Of a stretch of 64,000 bases of DNA, positions 11,613 to 24,450 are shown piece after piece (position 1 is the stretch's first letter; every line of letters begins with the position of its first letter). Origin of the DNA: Oculina patagonica (Eukaryota); contig NC_135761.1 of NCBI RefSeq assembly GCF_052425735.1, positions 14,942,001 to 15,006,000 on the forward strand, written 5' to 3'. Position numbers and translations under genes: made by a program. The notes beneath the pieces were generated by a model that saw nothing but the letters and a program-made list of their open reading frames with translations, was not told the origin of the DNA and searched no databases.

Positions 11613-14600
11613 ATGGCGGCGGGCAGTAGCTCAACTTCTTCGTCTTCAAACTCAGACACAAGTCAACAAGTTGATCGGATTGCTCTATTATACCCTAAAG
11701 TAGACGAATCCGAGACTCCTTTACCACGGTCATGGTCTCCTAAAGACAAATTTACTTTTATAGGGCTTTCGCAAGACAATCTCAGGGTGCATTACAAAGG
11801 TAAGCGAGCTTGGGCATTTTTGTATTCTTTTTTCGCGAGCTCAGAAAATCCATACCATTGTAAGCTAAATCGTCAGGGAGGATTAATAAAGAACTTTATG
11901 CGTTATACTTCTGCTTTACCAAGCAAAAACAAACCCGGGATTGAGCTAAAATTTGGCGAAGATTGCTTTTGGAGGAACTGCATAAATTCAAGATTGGTTT
12001 GGCAGCGTTTTCTCGTCAAAATCGAAGCTTTCTTTGATGGTGGCAAAGTTAATGCAAAATACTATTATAATGGGCAAGAATGCCGCTTAATATCTGCGCT
12101 TGGCATTGTTTGAATTTGCTATTTTTCTTCCTGAGGGGTTTTCGCGTCAAGTGCTTTTATAATCCGTGTAAGATGATACGCGCTTGTATTTCAAAACTGA
12201 GATACAAAATTTTCTAAATTGCAGGTGTAGGGAAAACTCACAAAGACGCGGCTTCGGTCAGAGCGACGCACTGCATTCCAGCGGCTTGTGGTATTTATTA
12301 TTTTGAAGTTCGAATTGTAAGCAAAGGACGCGATGGGTAAGTCTAATTCGAACCAATAATAATATTTTTAAATTAACGTTAGAATTTATATTGCTTTTGC
12401 ATTTTCTTTGTTGGGTTATGTAAATTCTAGTTATACATGTACCTGATGAATGCGTGACAGCCAACACCAAAGAATTTGCATTACAATATATGTGGTTTTT
12501 TTTTTTTCATGTCAGGAAATTATTGTTTATTTTTTTTATTCAGCACAGATTCAAGGTCTTCCTAGTAATAATTTGTGGGCTTTCAGCACCGCAAATCATG
12601 TGAATTTTGTAATAATTATTTAAATAGCAGAAACCATAGCTGAAAGATAAAATCAACAGTAGCTAAAATGTGTGGTAAACTATAAAATGTACAGGTGTAC
12701 ATAATTTTTTTTGGTGTAATTCCATTATTTGCAAGAAGGTCCCATTTCCATTGGTCCAAAACCACAGTGTTGAAATGTGATGACAACCAAATTTGATTGA
12801 TAGCTGTCAATAAAACTAATAAACACAGTTTAAAACCAGCATCAAATATATAATGTTGTGGTTCAATTTTACCCATGCCACAATTTGGTATTTTCCTTTG
12901 TTCTGGTGTATGGTAATCCCGGGAGCCGAGGAAGAGGACAGAGCGGGAGAGACCGCCACGCCAAGCCACACCGAGAAGGGAAACGACCAGAAGTGACAGT
13001 GAACCGCAGACGACACAGACAGGAAGGGAGACGAACCACGGACAGAGCGGCGAAGGCCAACGGCGCACCAACGGAGACCCGCCCGGAACCCAGAGGCGGC
13101 ACGGCACGTGATGCAAGCGACGGTATATGATAACGAATAAAAAAAACAAGGAAAATACCAGATTGAACCAAGAGTAAAATTGAACCACAACTTTCTTAAA
13201 ATGCAACTATTACTTGAGCTTCACTTTGAATACTTACCATTTTGTATAATTACTATTATTACCAGTAAAACACAAATTTATTAATAACACTTGAATGTTG
13301 TTCAGTTTTCTCTTTATTTGTCACATTTTCATGTCATGTTTCTCTGTTTCCTGGTTGATGTTGTGTGTGACACAAATGTCAGTGGGTATAATAGAAGAAA
13401 ATTAATTTTAAAAAATCAGTTATTACAGTAATTTGTTTTTATCACTACAGTAGTACCAGAATCTTGGATCTTGATTGCAGAATCTGCATACATGTAGTTT
13501 ATCTAGCTCTAGATTTTTTCTTCCTTTACAAGTAGACTTTGAAGGGTTGGCTTAAGATACATTATGTACATGTATATGCGAAAAACAAATAAACTATCTC
13601 TGCAGTGTACATTATGTCTTTGCTCTCCCGTAAACACTGTTCACTTGTTTAATAATTATTGTTCATTTAGGTACATGGGCATTGGATTATCAGCTCAAGG
13701 GGTCAACATGAACAGATTACCAGGCAAGCTACACAATTCTTTTGCGATAATGTGTAATAAAAAGTCACATAACACAATCTTCACAATCAATAATTATTAC
13801 TGTGGTTTCAAAATGCGTTTAAGTTCTTGACAAAACGTTTTGCTATTGTACAGAAACAGAAACCCATAAGGGTTGAAATGTGTAACTCCCTATGATTCGC
13901 ATTGTACAAAGCGTTTGCACATTCGTTTACACTAAGTACCATATTTGGAAAATCACGAGAAACATTTAACCAATAAAAATTACTATATTTGGATTAAATT
14001 CACAGCGCGCGCTAGCTCGCGCTTGATGGCGTAATCTTGTTTTTGAACAAGCTTTGTTGAATAAAGTTAAATTTGGTTAAGTTCTCCTATTTCATCTTAT
14101 TGAAGTTGTCTGGAGAACTTCACTTCGATACACTTAATGTATTTCTTTAGTTTCTGTAAGAAATTTACGGCGTTTAGGTCGAAATTCAAGCAACTTACCG
14201 CAAAACCAAAAGTTATGTTGCGTGTGTCATTACTTCTATAAAGCATTCGCGTACAAACTCTTTTTGTTTCCAAATATGGTACTTAGCAAAATGATTATTC
14301 AAACGCTGTGAGCGCGTTACACGTTTCTACCCTTGTGGGTTTCTGACAGGAATCAATAATGTAATCTTTATTTTGTACTCTAAACAATGTATTTGTGGTC
14401 CATGGGGTGTCTTGGGGTGGGGAATTGCCTCTTTCTGTGTGCCTGAAAAAGAAAATGACAAATCCCTGGGGGTATGACTAGGGGGAAAGGGTAACAGGTA
14501 AGTATGAGGAAGTCCAACAGTCCTGTGGACTCCACGTTTGTTGTTACTCTCCATGTACATGTATGTTTATTTTAATGTCATGTTTCATGTCATGTCATGT

Positions 14601-17600
14601 TTCAGGTTGGGAGAAGAATTCTTATGGTTACCATGGAGATGATGGTCACTCCTTCTGTTCATCTGGGACTGGAAAACCTTATGGACCCACCTTCACTACG
14701 GGAGATGTCATTGGTTGTGGTGTTAATCTTATTGATAACACTTGTTTTTATACCAAGAATGGAGTGAATCTTGGTAATGATCCATCTAATAGTATATGTA
14801 TTTCAAAAAGTCATTTTAGTGCAGAGTGGTTCATACAGACTGTTAAGTAAACAATAAGTTGTCTCTAAAAATCAATTACCGTAAATTGGATAAGCCCCCC
14901 GCATAAGCCCCCCGGATAGGCCCATCAACCGGAAACAAAAAAATACATCCGGTATAAGCCCCCCCGGATATAAGCCCCCCTCTACCGGATGACAGTACTG
15001 AACAGGGCTAAAGGATGCTTTTTGTGCGTTTTTAACTTAAAAACGTATTTCGATCAACACTCCCGAGGCTCGTTTCCAAACGTTTTGTTCCAGGGTTCCC
15101 GCTTATAAGCCCTCCCGAATATAAGCCCCTCCGCTTATAAGCCCACCCAAAAACCCTTACAAAGTTGTATAAGCCCCAGGGCCTTATAACCGGAATTCTA
15201 CGGTACATCAGTGTCATACAAACTGTGGGCCATAAAATTGATAATAACTTCAAAATATTGTTTGGAATCATAGATTGAAATACTTGAAAGATGCCTTCTA
15301 GTGGGAGTAGCAATGTTGCTAGTTGTTTTATGACACAGAAGCTGGAGTTATATGTGCTGCATTGTGGGCCATTACATGAAAGGCAAATTAAGTCTTTTCT
15401 ACACCTTTAGTTTCTTCAAGAATCAGAGCATACTGTACATGTATATGTACAGTGGAACCTCGATATAATGAAGGGCCAAGGGACTGGCAAAATGTGTTCG
15501 CTATATCGAGGTTTTGTTATATCGATGTTCTTTTCCATATATTGTGCTATTACTGGGACGAAAAATATCGTTCGTTATATCGAGGAGAGGACTTCGTTAT
15601 GTAGAGGTTCGTTAAATCGAGGTTCCACTGTTGTAAGGTAGCCTAGATTGATAATTATCAACCCTCCAAGTTAAGACCATTTTAGTCCCTGGGTAATTTT
15701 GTGGGGTTTTTCCCCCGGGGAAAAAATTGGAGGGAGGGGTGGGGTTTTTGTAATTTTTGTGATGGGGGGCCAAGACAAAAAAAAAAAAAAAAATGGTGAT
15801 TATATACTATTTAAACATAAATTATTTTGGTGACTGACCTTTAATTTTTTGTGTGTTTTACAGGAATTGCTTTCACAGACCTACCAGTAAGTACATGTAC
15901 CTGTTAATTTTTTTGTTGAACAAACAAGTTTTTTGAGTGTGAGTTTAGCATCAGTTGACTGTGTGTTCAGACTGCTTTGTTTACTTTTGTTACAAAATTT
16001 CTTAAGTTCCTTAATGTACAGTGAACCTCGTATCGCCGTATTTCGCCCCGACGAACAAACCTGTCCCTGGATGCCCCAGCATTACATTGGCACGAACTCC
16101 GCATTCCTTTTTTTTCCCCGACGGTTGATAACGGGGTTCAACTGTACTTTCTCTTCAGCCAAACTTGTATCCCACAGTTGGACTCCAAACTCCAAGGGAG
16201 ATGGTTGATGCAAATTTTGGAAAACAGCCTTTTGTTTATGACATAGAAGAAGTTATGAAGGTACATAACAGATATGGTTTATTAGAGAGCGTAGAAGCTA
16301 TTAACACCTATACAACCCTCCAAGTTAAGACCATTTTAGTCGCCTGGCGACTAAAATTTTGGAGCTGGCGACTTATTTGGACGAAGTCCGCCGGTGGGGA
16401 AAAAAATTAGAAAAAAAAGATAAAAAGTCTTTTTTTAGGAAAATTTTTTTTGGCGCCATTGGGGGGGGGGGCCAAAAGGCCACCAAGGAAAAAAAAAAGG
16501 GGGGGCTATAGATATTGTAGTCAATGTTGCACAGAGAAATGAGTATATTTTGATAGAATTTGGTTATTGTATGTGGCTATGTTGACTAGTACAGACATTA
16601 AAGCATCTTTCTCTTACTTTGGCAATTATGCCAGTGTCTTAAATTCTGGCTTGGTTCACATACATGTAGGGTTAAAATGTTTCAAGCCCAGTGACTGTTG
16701 ACATGTACAGGCCACAAGATGCCATTCCCTATGTGGCAACTTTGAGCAATTTCAGAATCCTTTAATTTAGCTGAAAAATGAAAAAAACATTAGAAGGCCC
16801 CACATTCTGAAATTCTGAAATGTATTGTTTTGTGTCAGTTCTAATTATAATACCGGTAACTAAGACATTCTTACTGTACAGCTTGTCCATTTACCGTTAC
16901 TCAGAGAGAATTTGTTGTTAATATCAGTTAAAATATAAATCTGGCTTTATGGCACCAGCCAGTTTTTTAATGTAAATCAACTTGACTTTCCCACCAAAGG
17001 AAGGGCTACAGGCCCAAAAATTAATGTCTGGGACTAAAATTTGGCTGAAACCATTCTTTATTCTTTGTAGGAAGTTCATGCTCGAACAAGGCATACAATA
17101 CAAACATTCCCATTCACAGACAAAGAAGGTCTTTGGCAAACAACGCTACAAAAGTGAGTGGCTACTTAAATTTTACAAAGAGTGTCATCAAACTAGGACT
17201 GTATTTTTGTTTGATTTTCAGTCTCGTCCAAAACTCATTTTTTTTTTTTCTTGATCAGAATTGTCTCAACATACCTTGTCCATCATGGCTATTGTGCTAC
17301 TGCCGAGGCTTTTGCCAAGAGCACTGGACAGTCATTTACAGAGGAGCTGGCTTCCATCAAGAACAGACAACGTGAGCCAATAAGAAAAGACATTTGACAT
17401 GTTCTAGTTGGCTGATGAGTCACATTGTGTTAAGTAATACATTAATTTATCTGTAGATGATAATGAAGAATCACTTTATTGACCGCTTTTTTATTCTGTG
17501 GAACATTGTGAACACTACATGTATACACAGTAAGGAGGTGAATTCTTGTCACTCCACAACTCACCCAGTTGATCACATGACAAGATGTTGGCAAATGCAA

Positions 17601-20361
17601 ATATTTAAAGAAATGTACGGAAAATTATTTACATGCCTAGTCCCTTACCCTCCAGTGGGGGATAGGGCCAAATGGGAAATTTATTGTGATTTATTTTCTG
17701 TATTTACAGTACTATTTCTAGGATGTTACTAAGTACATTACATTGTTTGTTCATGTGTGTATATGCGTAAAAATTTATGAGTTGCTTCTTTTGTTATGGT
17801 ACAACAAATTAATCAGCAAGCTGTCGTTTCTTTCCACCTTTCAGGAATACAAAAGCTAGTTCTTGCAGGCAGAATAGGAGAAGCTATTGAAACAACACAG
17901 ACATTATATCCAGGACTCTTAGAACGAAACCCAAACTTGTTATTTCTTTTGAAATGCCGGCAGTTTGTGGAAATGGTTAGTGGATGTGATAGTGATGTGC
18001 GACCTGCGGCTCACAGTCCACGATCAAGCCCTAACGTCAGTCCATCACATTCCTACAGTGCAACATCAGTAGGAAGCGTAGGAAGCAGCTCATCATCAGC
18101 GACTAATGGATTTGTCACTAATGGCACTTGTATAGACAATGGATTTGAGCCTGATAATATGCCAATGGAAGTAGAAGATTTTGAAGAATCATCTAATCAT
18201 GGAGTTCTAAATGGGACAGCAAAAATGGATGAGAGCGACCATAGTGCTAGTCCCAGTAGAGGTAAATTATTTGCCAGATTTGTTTTTTTATGTTTTTTTT
18301 TTACTTGTGGGGTGGGGGGAGGCCACAAAAGGGGTATCATCTTCAACCAGGACAACTTTAAGACGAAATTGGTGAAACAAATAAAAGTCCCTTGACTATA
18401 AATAGGTGCTCTTTAGGATCCATCAAAATGTGGTTCTCCAGGGATGTCACTAAGGGCAGGGTGCCAGCTTATTTCGCCGGGAAAGGGACTATCCGGCGAT
18501 GAACGAAGCAAAGACTAAGGCCTTTTGAGAAAAGCCAGCTGGGCTGTGGTGCCGGCTTAGTGCTTCCCTAGCTACATCGATCCCTGCCTCTCAGAACCTA
18601 TAAGATTTTGTACCAAGGATGTCCACACAATAATTTTCTCCTTCTATCTAAAATCTGATAACTTATCTCAACTAGTTATTTATCTCAAGCTCATTTTCTC
18701 TCCTAACCTGCAATTTCAGTGAACAGATAAGTTTTAAAAAAAATTGTTCTATTCTTTATGTTCTCTGTTACTGCAGAATCAAGACAAACTTGCTGTCACA
18801 ATAGAACTGTACTTGAAAAAATTTTAACATTTGGAAGAGAACTGCAAAATATGAGTGTTCAACTGAGAAGAGAACATGGCAAGAACGAAACAAATAAAAA
18901 GACTCTGCAGGTGAGAAGATTGCTTTTTTTAATTAGTTATCATTAACACAAATGTACATTTTGCACCTTGTGGAGTTAGAGCTGTGAAATTGAAAAGTTT
19001 TAAAGAAGCAAGGTAATAATTCCCTGAGAGTAGCAACCTCAAACGCAATTTGACTTTTATTAAGAGTTTCAGCAGTTGGCTGCTTGCCTTTCTTTATTTT
19101 TATTTATGATTAGTCGACAGACGATTTTCCTGGTTCTGTGCCCAATGAAAATTTACTTGTCAAAGTGATTTTTTCAAGCCCTGAAATAAGACTTGTAAGG
19201 GTACAGTGACATTTTGGTTACTCAAAAGTTGTAACCCAACAATTAAAGTAGGCGGGGATATGAAAAGGCTACTTAATGGTCATATTCACTTTCCAGGGCT
19301 GCAGATAATTTTTTTCACTTGAAAGGACATATGTACTACTAAGACAGACCATTTTGTTCGGACAAATAAAAATAATTGTGGTCAGACATTTTTTTTCATC
19401 GCTGCCATATAATGATTTACGATCAAAAAAATTGTCCGTACATCAGGTCCGAACACACTTTCGGACATGAGCAAATTTTGGTTGGCAAATGTCCAATGAC
19501 TGACTGTTTTTTTGCAGCCCTGCTTTCAGAACTTTACTGTACTAAGTAATTTTTTCAACAGAAAATACTTATTAATGTCATTTTAGTATTTAATGCATTG
19601 TTTCCATATTTTACTTTGGGGACAGATTTTGGGGCTAATGTTAGGTCTGAATTGCATTGTATTTTTTCAGGAAGCGTTTAGTCTTTTGGCGTATACTGAC
19701 CCATGGAGTAGCCCAGTTGGTTATCTTTTAGATCCTGTACAGAGGGAACCAATATGTTCATCTTTAAATAGTGCTATTTTAGGTAAAAAATAATAATAAT
19801 TTTTTTTTGTTTAAAATCTATATCTGTTCAAGTGTTTATGCATCTGCCTTTTTTAATTATAATTTATTGTTGATAAATTAAAGTTGTTCAAAGTTAAACA
19901 TAAAAGATCAAAAGAAAGCAGTAAGAAGTGGCATCCAGCGGCCGGCACCTTCTGCAAGTTTCCCTTCTTTCAGACCAGTAGTTTTAAACTTCACTATTTC
20001 AGTAGGCAAATACATGTTTACATCATACTTAACTTTTTTCCATACAGTTGAAGGTGACCTCTCAGTTTGTTTAATAATCGTTTGAACCATCTATTGCCCA
20101 AATATTAAGCTCTAAATTATATTTTCTTTGCAAGCAAGTTGCAAACTCAGTGTTATAACATTATTATTTATATTTTTTTTTTTATTGTGTTGTGTTATTT
20201 TGAAATTTTGACAATAATCTTGTTTGCTTTCAGATTCTCATCACTTACCCAGAAAACCACCTCTGGATTTAGTTTTGGGACAAGCTCAGGAGTGTTTGAA
20301 ACTCATGTCAAAGATTGGACTAGGTGCATGTGCATTTGCTAGTGTTGAAGAGTACATGTAA
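11613..20361 (+). CDS. RANBP9: Ran-binding protein 9/10 (RanBPM; SPRY-LisH-CTLH-CRA, CTLH/GID E3 complex), 12 exons
   Basis: Exons: 11613-11799, 12225-12336, 13671-13723, 14606-14773, 15864-15886, 16159-16260, 17071-17153, 17259-17371, 17845-18261, 18777-18910, 19671-19782, 20234-20361 (TAA). Motifs [62 protein letters not shown]. Likely co-ortholog of vertebrate RANBP9 and RANBP10. Confidence 0.95.
12855..13191. mobile_element. Palindromic MITE (GTTGTGGTT family) with a GC-rich central insert
   Basis: TIR GTTGTGGTTCAATTTTAC...GGTATTTTCC / GGAAAATACC...GTAAAATTGAACCACAAC. Relatives at ~58699 and 63174-63339. Confidence 0.7.
13857..14345. mobile_element. Non-autonomous TIR element (CA...TG termini) in the RANBP9 GC-AG intron
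   Basis: TIR CAGAAACCCATAAGGGTTGAAATGTGTAAC / GTTACACGTTTCTACCCTTGTGGGTTTCTG, plus an internal inverted repeat CTAAGTACCATATTTGGAAA. Confidence 0.75.
14879..15203. mobile_element. Tc1/mariner-type MITE with internal ATAAGCCC repeats
   Basis: TA-CCGTA ... TACGG-TA termini and multiple ATAAGCCC motifs. Confidence 0.75.
15450..15630. mobile_element. pogo/Tigger-type MITE
   Basis: TIR CAGTGGAACCTCGAT / ATCGAGGTTCCACTG preceded by TA. Confidence 0.8.
16019..16144. mobile_element. pogo/Tigger-type MITE abutting the RANBP9 exon 6 acceptor
   Basis: TA-CAGTGAACCTCG ... CGGGGTTCAACTG-TA. Confidence 0.7.
19294..19522. mobile_element. MITE (CAGGGCTGCA termini)
   Basis: TIR CAGGGCTGCA / TGCAGCCCTG with a CTTTC duplication. 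An inverted second copy lies at 50683-50910. Confidence 0.75.
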
Positions 20362-22833
20362 CAATGGCGTTACATGGCTATTTGTAGATAAAGTTTAATA
20401 TTTTATATAGCATTGCTTGATATAACTTGAAGGAACTTTACACTAATATTACTTATTCTAATGTAAATGAGGTGGCAAGGTGAAAGAACATACACTGTGA
20501 CAGTCACATGCTTGTACCCAGGGTTTTCATTTCCCTTGTTCAGCGTTCCTGAAACGAGCGACCCTGGAAAGTTCCAATTTGAAGTCTGAAAATATTGGAC
20601 TTCCGTTTGAATTGCGCATGCTTAGCTTTCAAAAGCATGACCAACAAACGTTTTGGTGTTATACTTGCAGCCATTTTTATTGTTTTCAAAACCAATCAGA
20701 ATCGATCCTGCAATGGAACTTTCGAGAGTCGCTTGTTTCGTCAAGCATGTGCAGTAGGGGAACGAAGACTCAAGGAACGAGATTGTGACGGTGTTTAGGC
20801 AGTTTTCTTTTTTCCTCTGCGTTTCACTTTACTTTTTGCATAACACCCTGAAGGCCCATGGTGTTATAAAAATACATGTATGCAAGTACATTGTTTCACT
20901 GACCACTTACATGAAGTTGTAGTTTTGCTGAATTCTTGATCATGAATGTTAACATCAGGATAATTTGGGGGAAACCAAAACCAACTTGTTGTTTGCATTT
21001 GTTATTGTACTTCAGATCTTTAGCCTTGCCTCCTCAGCCATTTTACTAATTATCTGTTTATATTACACTCACCTATTTATGGGTTAGGGGTCAGCAAATC
21101 TCAAATGCCTTTTGTTTTGTTAATGTGTTGGGTAATGATGCGAATGTAACTTCTATCATTTATTTTTCAAATTTATTTACCTTCTATTGTAGGTAACTAA
21201 TTAGGACTTTTGTAATAACATTCTCAAAAATTATTCAGCCATTCCAAGTGTAAAATAAAACTTCTTGATTAGTTCTTCTGGCAGATAGTTGTGCGATTAG
21301 AACACTTCCACCAGAGGTACTGCTTCTTGTCTAAAACAGTTCTGTCTAGCTCTCTGTCTTTGCTGTCTTGTGACTAAGGAACAAAAGAAACCTTGAAAAA
21401 AGCAGACTTCTCGTATTTATACCCATTCAAACCGTTAATAACCGAGAAATAACTGAGATTCAAGCCAAGTAACTTTCTTACACACTCACACAGTCTAGCG
21501 CCTATTCATATGGACACACAAAAGGGACAGGGATCAACAGTGTCTATTGATGACCGAGGTAATGTTGATAAAAATTTTGGTGTCTTACAGACCAAGTGAA
21601 CTCCCTATGATAAGGTGGCTTTCATGTTACAGAGGTGTCTGCAGGGAGAGATTTCACTGCAGTTGAACCTCACAGCTGTTTTTGGGGCCCTGTGCAGTGT
21701 AAACCCATACCTTTTCTGTTAAAAATTAACCACCTTAATAATATGCTTTGTGGTCCCAGCTCCTTTGCCAGTATAAACAGTGTTCAACTGTACTGATAAA
21801 CTTTTGAATTCTCCCAAACCTTCTTTGTTTACATCAGGCTATGTAAACAAGAACTCATGGAACAGTCTTCAATCAGAAAAATAATTATTATTATCTGAAA
21901 ATATCTTGAAAACTACACCGTACACTTCTTATTCACTTTGCCTCTATCAGTTTACAATAGCTTTGTTTTTCATTCAAGAGTGCACAAATTATTCTTGATA
22001 ATGTAGATAAATAATTAAGGTTTAGTGTTTTATATTGGATGGTTTTCTGCACATATTTTTTATGTTTGGTGTGGGAAGACAGTGAACTTCTCTTATTTGT
22101 TAAGTTATCAATTTTGGTGTTTACACTTACACTTACTTATCTGTTACGCTCCCTGCTTGAAGTAACACTTCAGATTAATTTTTGATTTAAGGAAGTTTAG
22201 AGCAATTTTTACCCGAGTGTCAAAAGTAAAAAACTTGCACCACATTCTCAACGACTCAGAAGAGAAACCGAAAACCAATTGTGACTCGCCCACATGTTTA
22301 CCAGCCCTTTGTGCCAGCTATATGTATTTGCTTCGAGTTTTGATTGGGTCACTGGATTATCTTGTGTCCAAATGTGACTAGCCAGTGAATACTTTGCTTT
22401 TGGTTTAATGACACTCGGTTGAAAATTGCGCTAATAGTAATGCTCAGGTTTTAGAATAAACTTGCTGCCTTCATTAACAATTATAACTTTTTGGAGACTT
22501 TGGGCTGTAACATCACTTTACAATAACATTTAAAATGAGAGGCAAATAGCTTCCAAGAGATGCAGGGATATTAAAACTTACTTAACAAGAAGGGTCATTG
22601 AATGTTGAAACAATAACTAAAGAAACAGTGTGCGTACATTATTGTGATTATCAAAACAGAGCATGTGTAATCTTGTATAGAATTTGCTAAATGTAGGGGT
22701 TAGGTTTTCAGTTTTCATTGTAAATAAAAGGAACCATTAAATAACTGTAAAGTCTTGCTGGTAACAACAATTTGTTATGTAAATCAGTAGATGGTGGACC
22801 GTGTTTTGTAGTACACTATTAGTTTTGTATACT

Positions 22834-23118
22834 TAGAGCAGTTTTCAATTGAGTGTCGTAAAACCAAAACCAAAGTAATTACTCTGGCCAATCACAAAGG
22901 ACACAGACAATCCAGTAAACCAATCAAAACTCGAAGCAAATACATGTAGCTGGCACAAAGCGCGGGAAAACGTGCGCGAGCAAGTCACGATTGGTTTTGG
23001 TTTTACTCCTGATTGGCTGTGAAAGTGGCGCGGGATTTTTAAGCCAATCACTAAGCGTAGTAATGCAAAACCAAAGCAAACGCAATTAACTTTCGACACT
23101 CAAGTGAAAACCGCTCTA
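22834..23118. mobile_element. High-copy-type MITE (TAGAGC...GCTCTA)
   Basis: TIR TAGAGCAGTTTTCAATTGAGTGTCG / CGACACTCAAGTGAAAACCGCTCTA. A degenerate opposite-orientation copy lies at 22198-22433. Confidence 0.8.
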
Positions 23119-24239
23119 TTTAGGTAATCACATGATTTCGAGTGCAATCTGGGATAAATCAGCACTCGTAAATTTTTGCAAAGACTACAAATTGGTTGGC
23201 CTTTGAAAAATTTACTCGTGCTGATTTATCCCAGATTGTACGAGAAAAATCATGTGATTAATTGTAAATAATACACATACAAAAATTTCACTTGAAGTGG
23301 ATGACAAACAAAACATGTTAAGTGGCTTACCTTTCCAATTCGTTCTTAAACATAATGGAGTTGCCAGGCTTTGTAAAATCCAGATACTGCTAGGGAATTT
23401 TTTAATCTCTCTGTCATGCATTATCAGGTGCTTTTATCCTTATTCAGTTGTATTGGTATGGGCTGAAATGTCCAACTTCAATTCACGCTTGTAATATTTC
23501 TTCTTTACTAGCCGTCGCGTAAGAAAATCCACGATTGGTAGCTTTCAGTAGTTTCGTAAAGCCTCTGTTTGCTTTCAGTAGTTTCGTAAAGCGTTTGTGC
23601 TGTACAAACGTCCAATTCCTAGTACTTTGGTTTATATACTTACAACTTTTGTTAAATTGGTCAAACTTTTCATGAATTGTTAATATGTTTTTGCTCGATT
23701 TTTGCTCTCTCAAACACTACGACATCGGCCGCCATTTTGTTTTGGCGCGCTTTCCGACTTTCCTGTCAATCAATTTAATTTCTTTCAACTTTCTGCACTC
23801 AATTTCAACATTTTGCCCTCAATTTCAACTTTCTGCACTGTTTGGGATTAATTGACGTGCTCTCAGCCAATGAGCATGCAGACATTTTTTTATGTATATT
23901 ATAAGCAGTGAAATTAAATGGCTCTTTTCAAAGACCACAATCAGTTGGCTTCAAGAGCATACCTTCTGTACATCAATTTATAGATCAGTAAAACATGAAT
24001 TGTAATAAGCAATCAGCTGGTGAAAGGTCTGAAACTAAAGAATTATTACTGACTGGGTCTGTAAGTGGGCAAGAAAATTTCATTTAAAATTCTTAGAACA
24101 TCACATTGCCTGCCTCTTGCCTGCCAAGAGTTCCATGCAGTTTCTGAAGGTTTCTCCAAGGGCCAGTTGTTTAAAGGGTGGATAATGCTATCCACTTGAT
24201 ATCGCTATCCAGTGGATAAATGCTAACAAAACATACTGT

Positions 24240-24450
24240 AAGAAAGTGATAAATGATCATCGCAGTGAATTTCCAATTTAAGCAATTGGAATAAAGAAGC
24301 CTGAAAAAAATTCAGGGCTTCAACAGGATTCGAACCGGTGACCTCCGCGATGCTCTACCAACTGAGCTATTGAAGCCACACATTGGGAGCGAGGTCAATG
24401 TGTCATATCCATCCGCAGTTCATATATGAATTATTTCATATACATTACAT
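24240..24450 (-). mobile_element. tRNA-derived retroposon inserted into a palindromic GGATA/TATCC MITE (~24162-24524)
   Basis: 13-bp TSD CAAAACATACTGT at 24227-24239 and 24451-24463. Minus-strand A box TAGCTCAGTTGG and B box GGTTCGAATCC. Confidence 0.8.

Noticed and set aside
12616-13206. 196-aa and overlapping ORFs
   Set aside because: They arise from the GC-rich patch inside a MITE in a RANBP9 intron; low-complexity translation, no splice or homology support.
14890-15180. Regularly spaced ATAAGCCC repeats (also AAATCCCA repeats at 10410-10650) resembling a CRISPR array
   Set aside because: Eukaryotic intron, short irregular repeats inside MITE TIRs, no cas genes.
16195-16197. RANBP9 LQTPRE instead of the usual LQTPGE
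   Set aside because: A single-base difference (AGG versus GGG) in a draft assembly cannot be told apart from error or polymorphism.
24320-24375. Possible tRNA gene on the minus strand
   Set aside because: A and B boxes are present but the anticodon arm is truncated and the segment lies inside a TSD-flanked repeat, so it is a SINE-like derivative.
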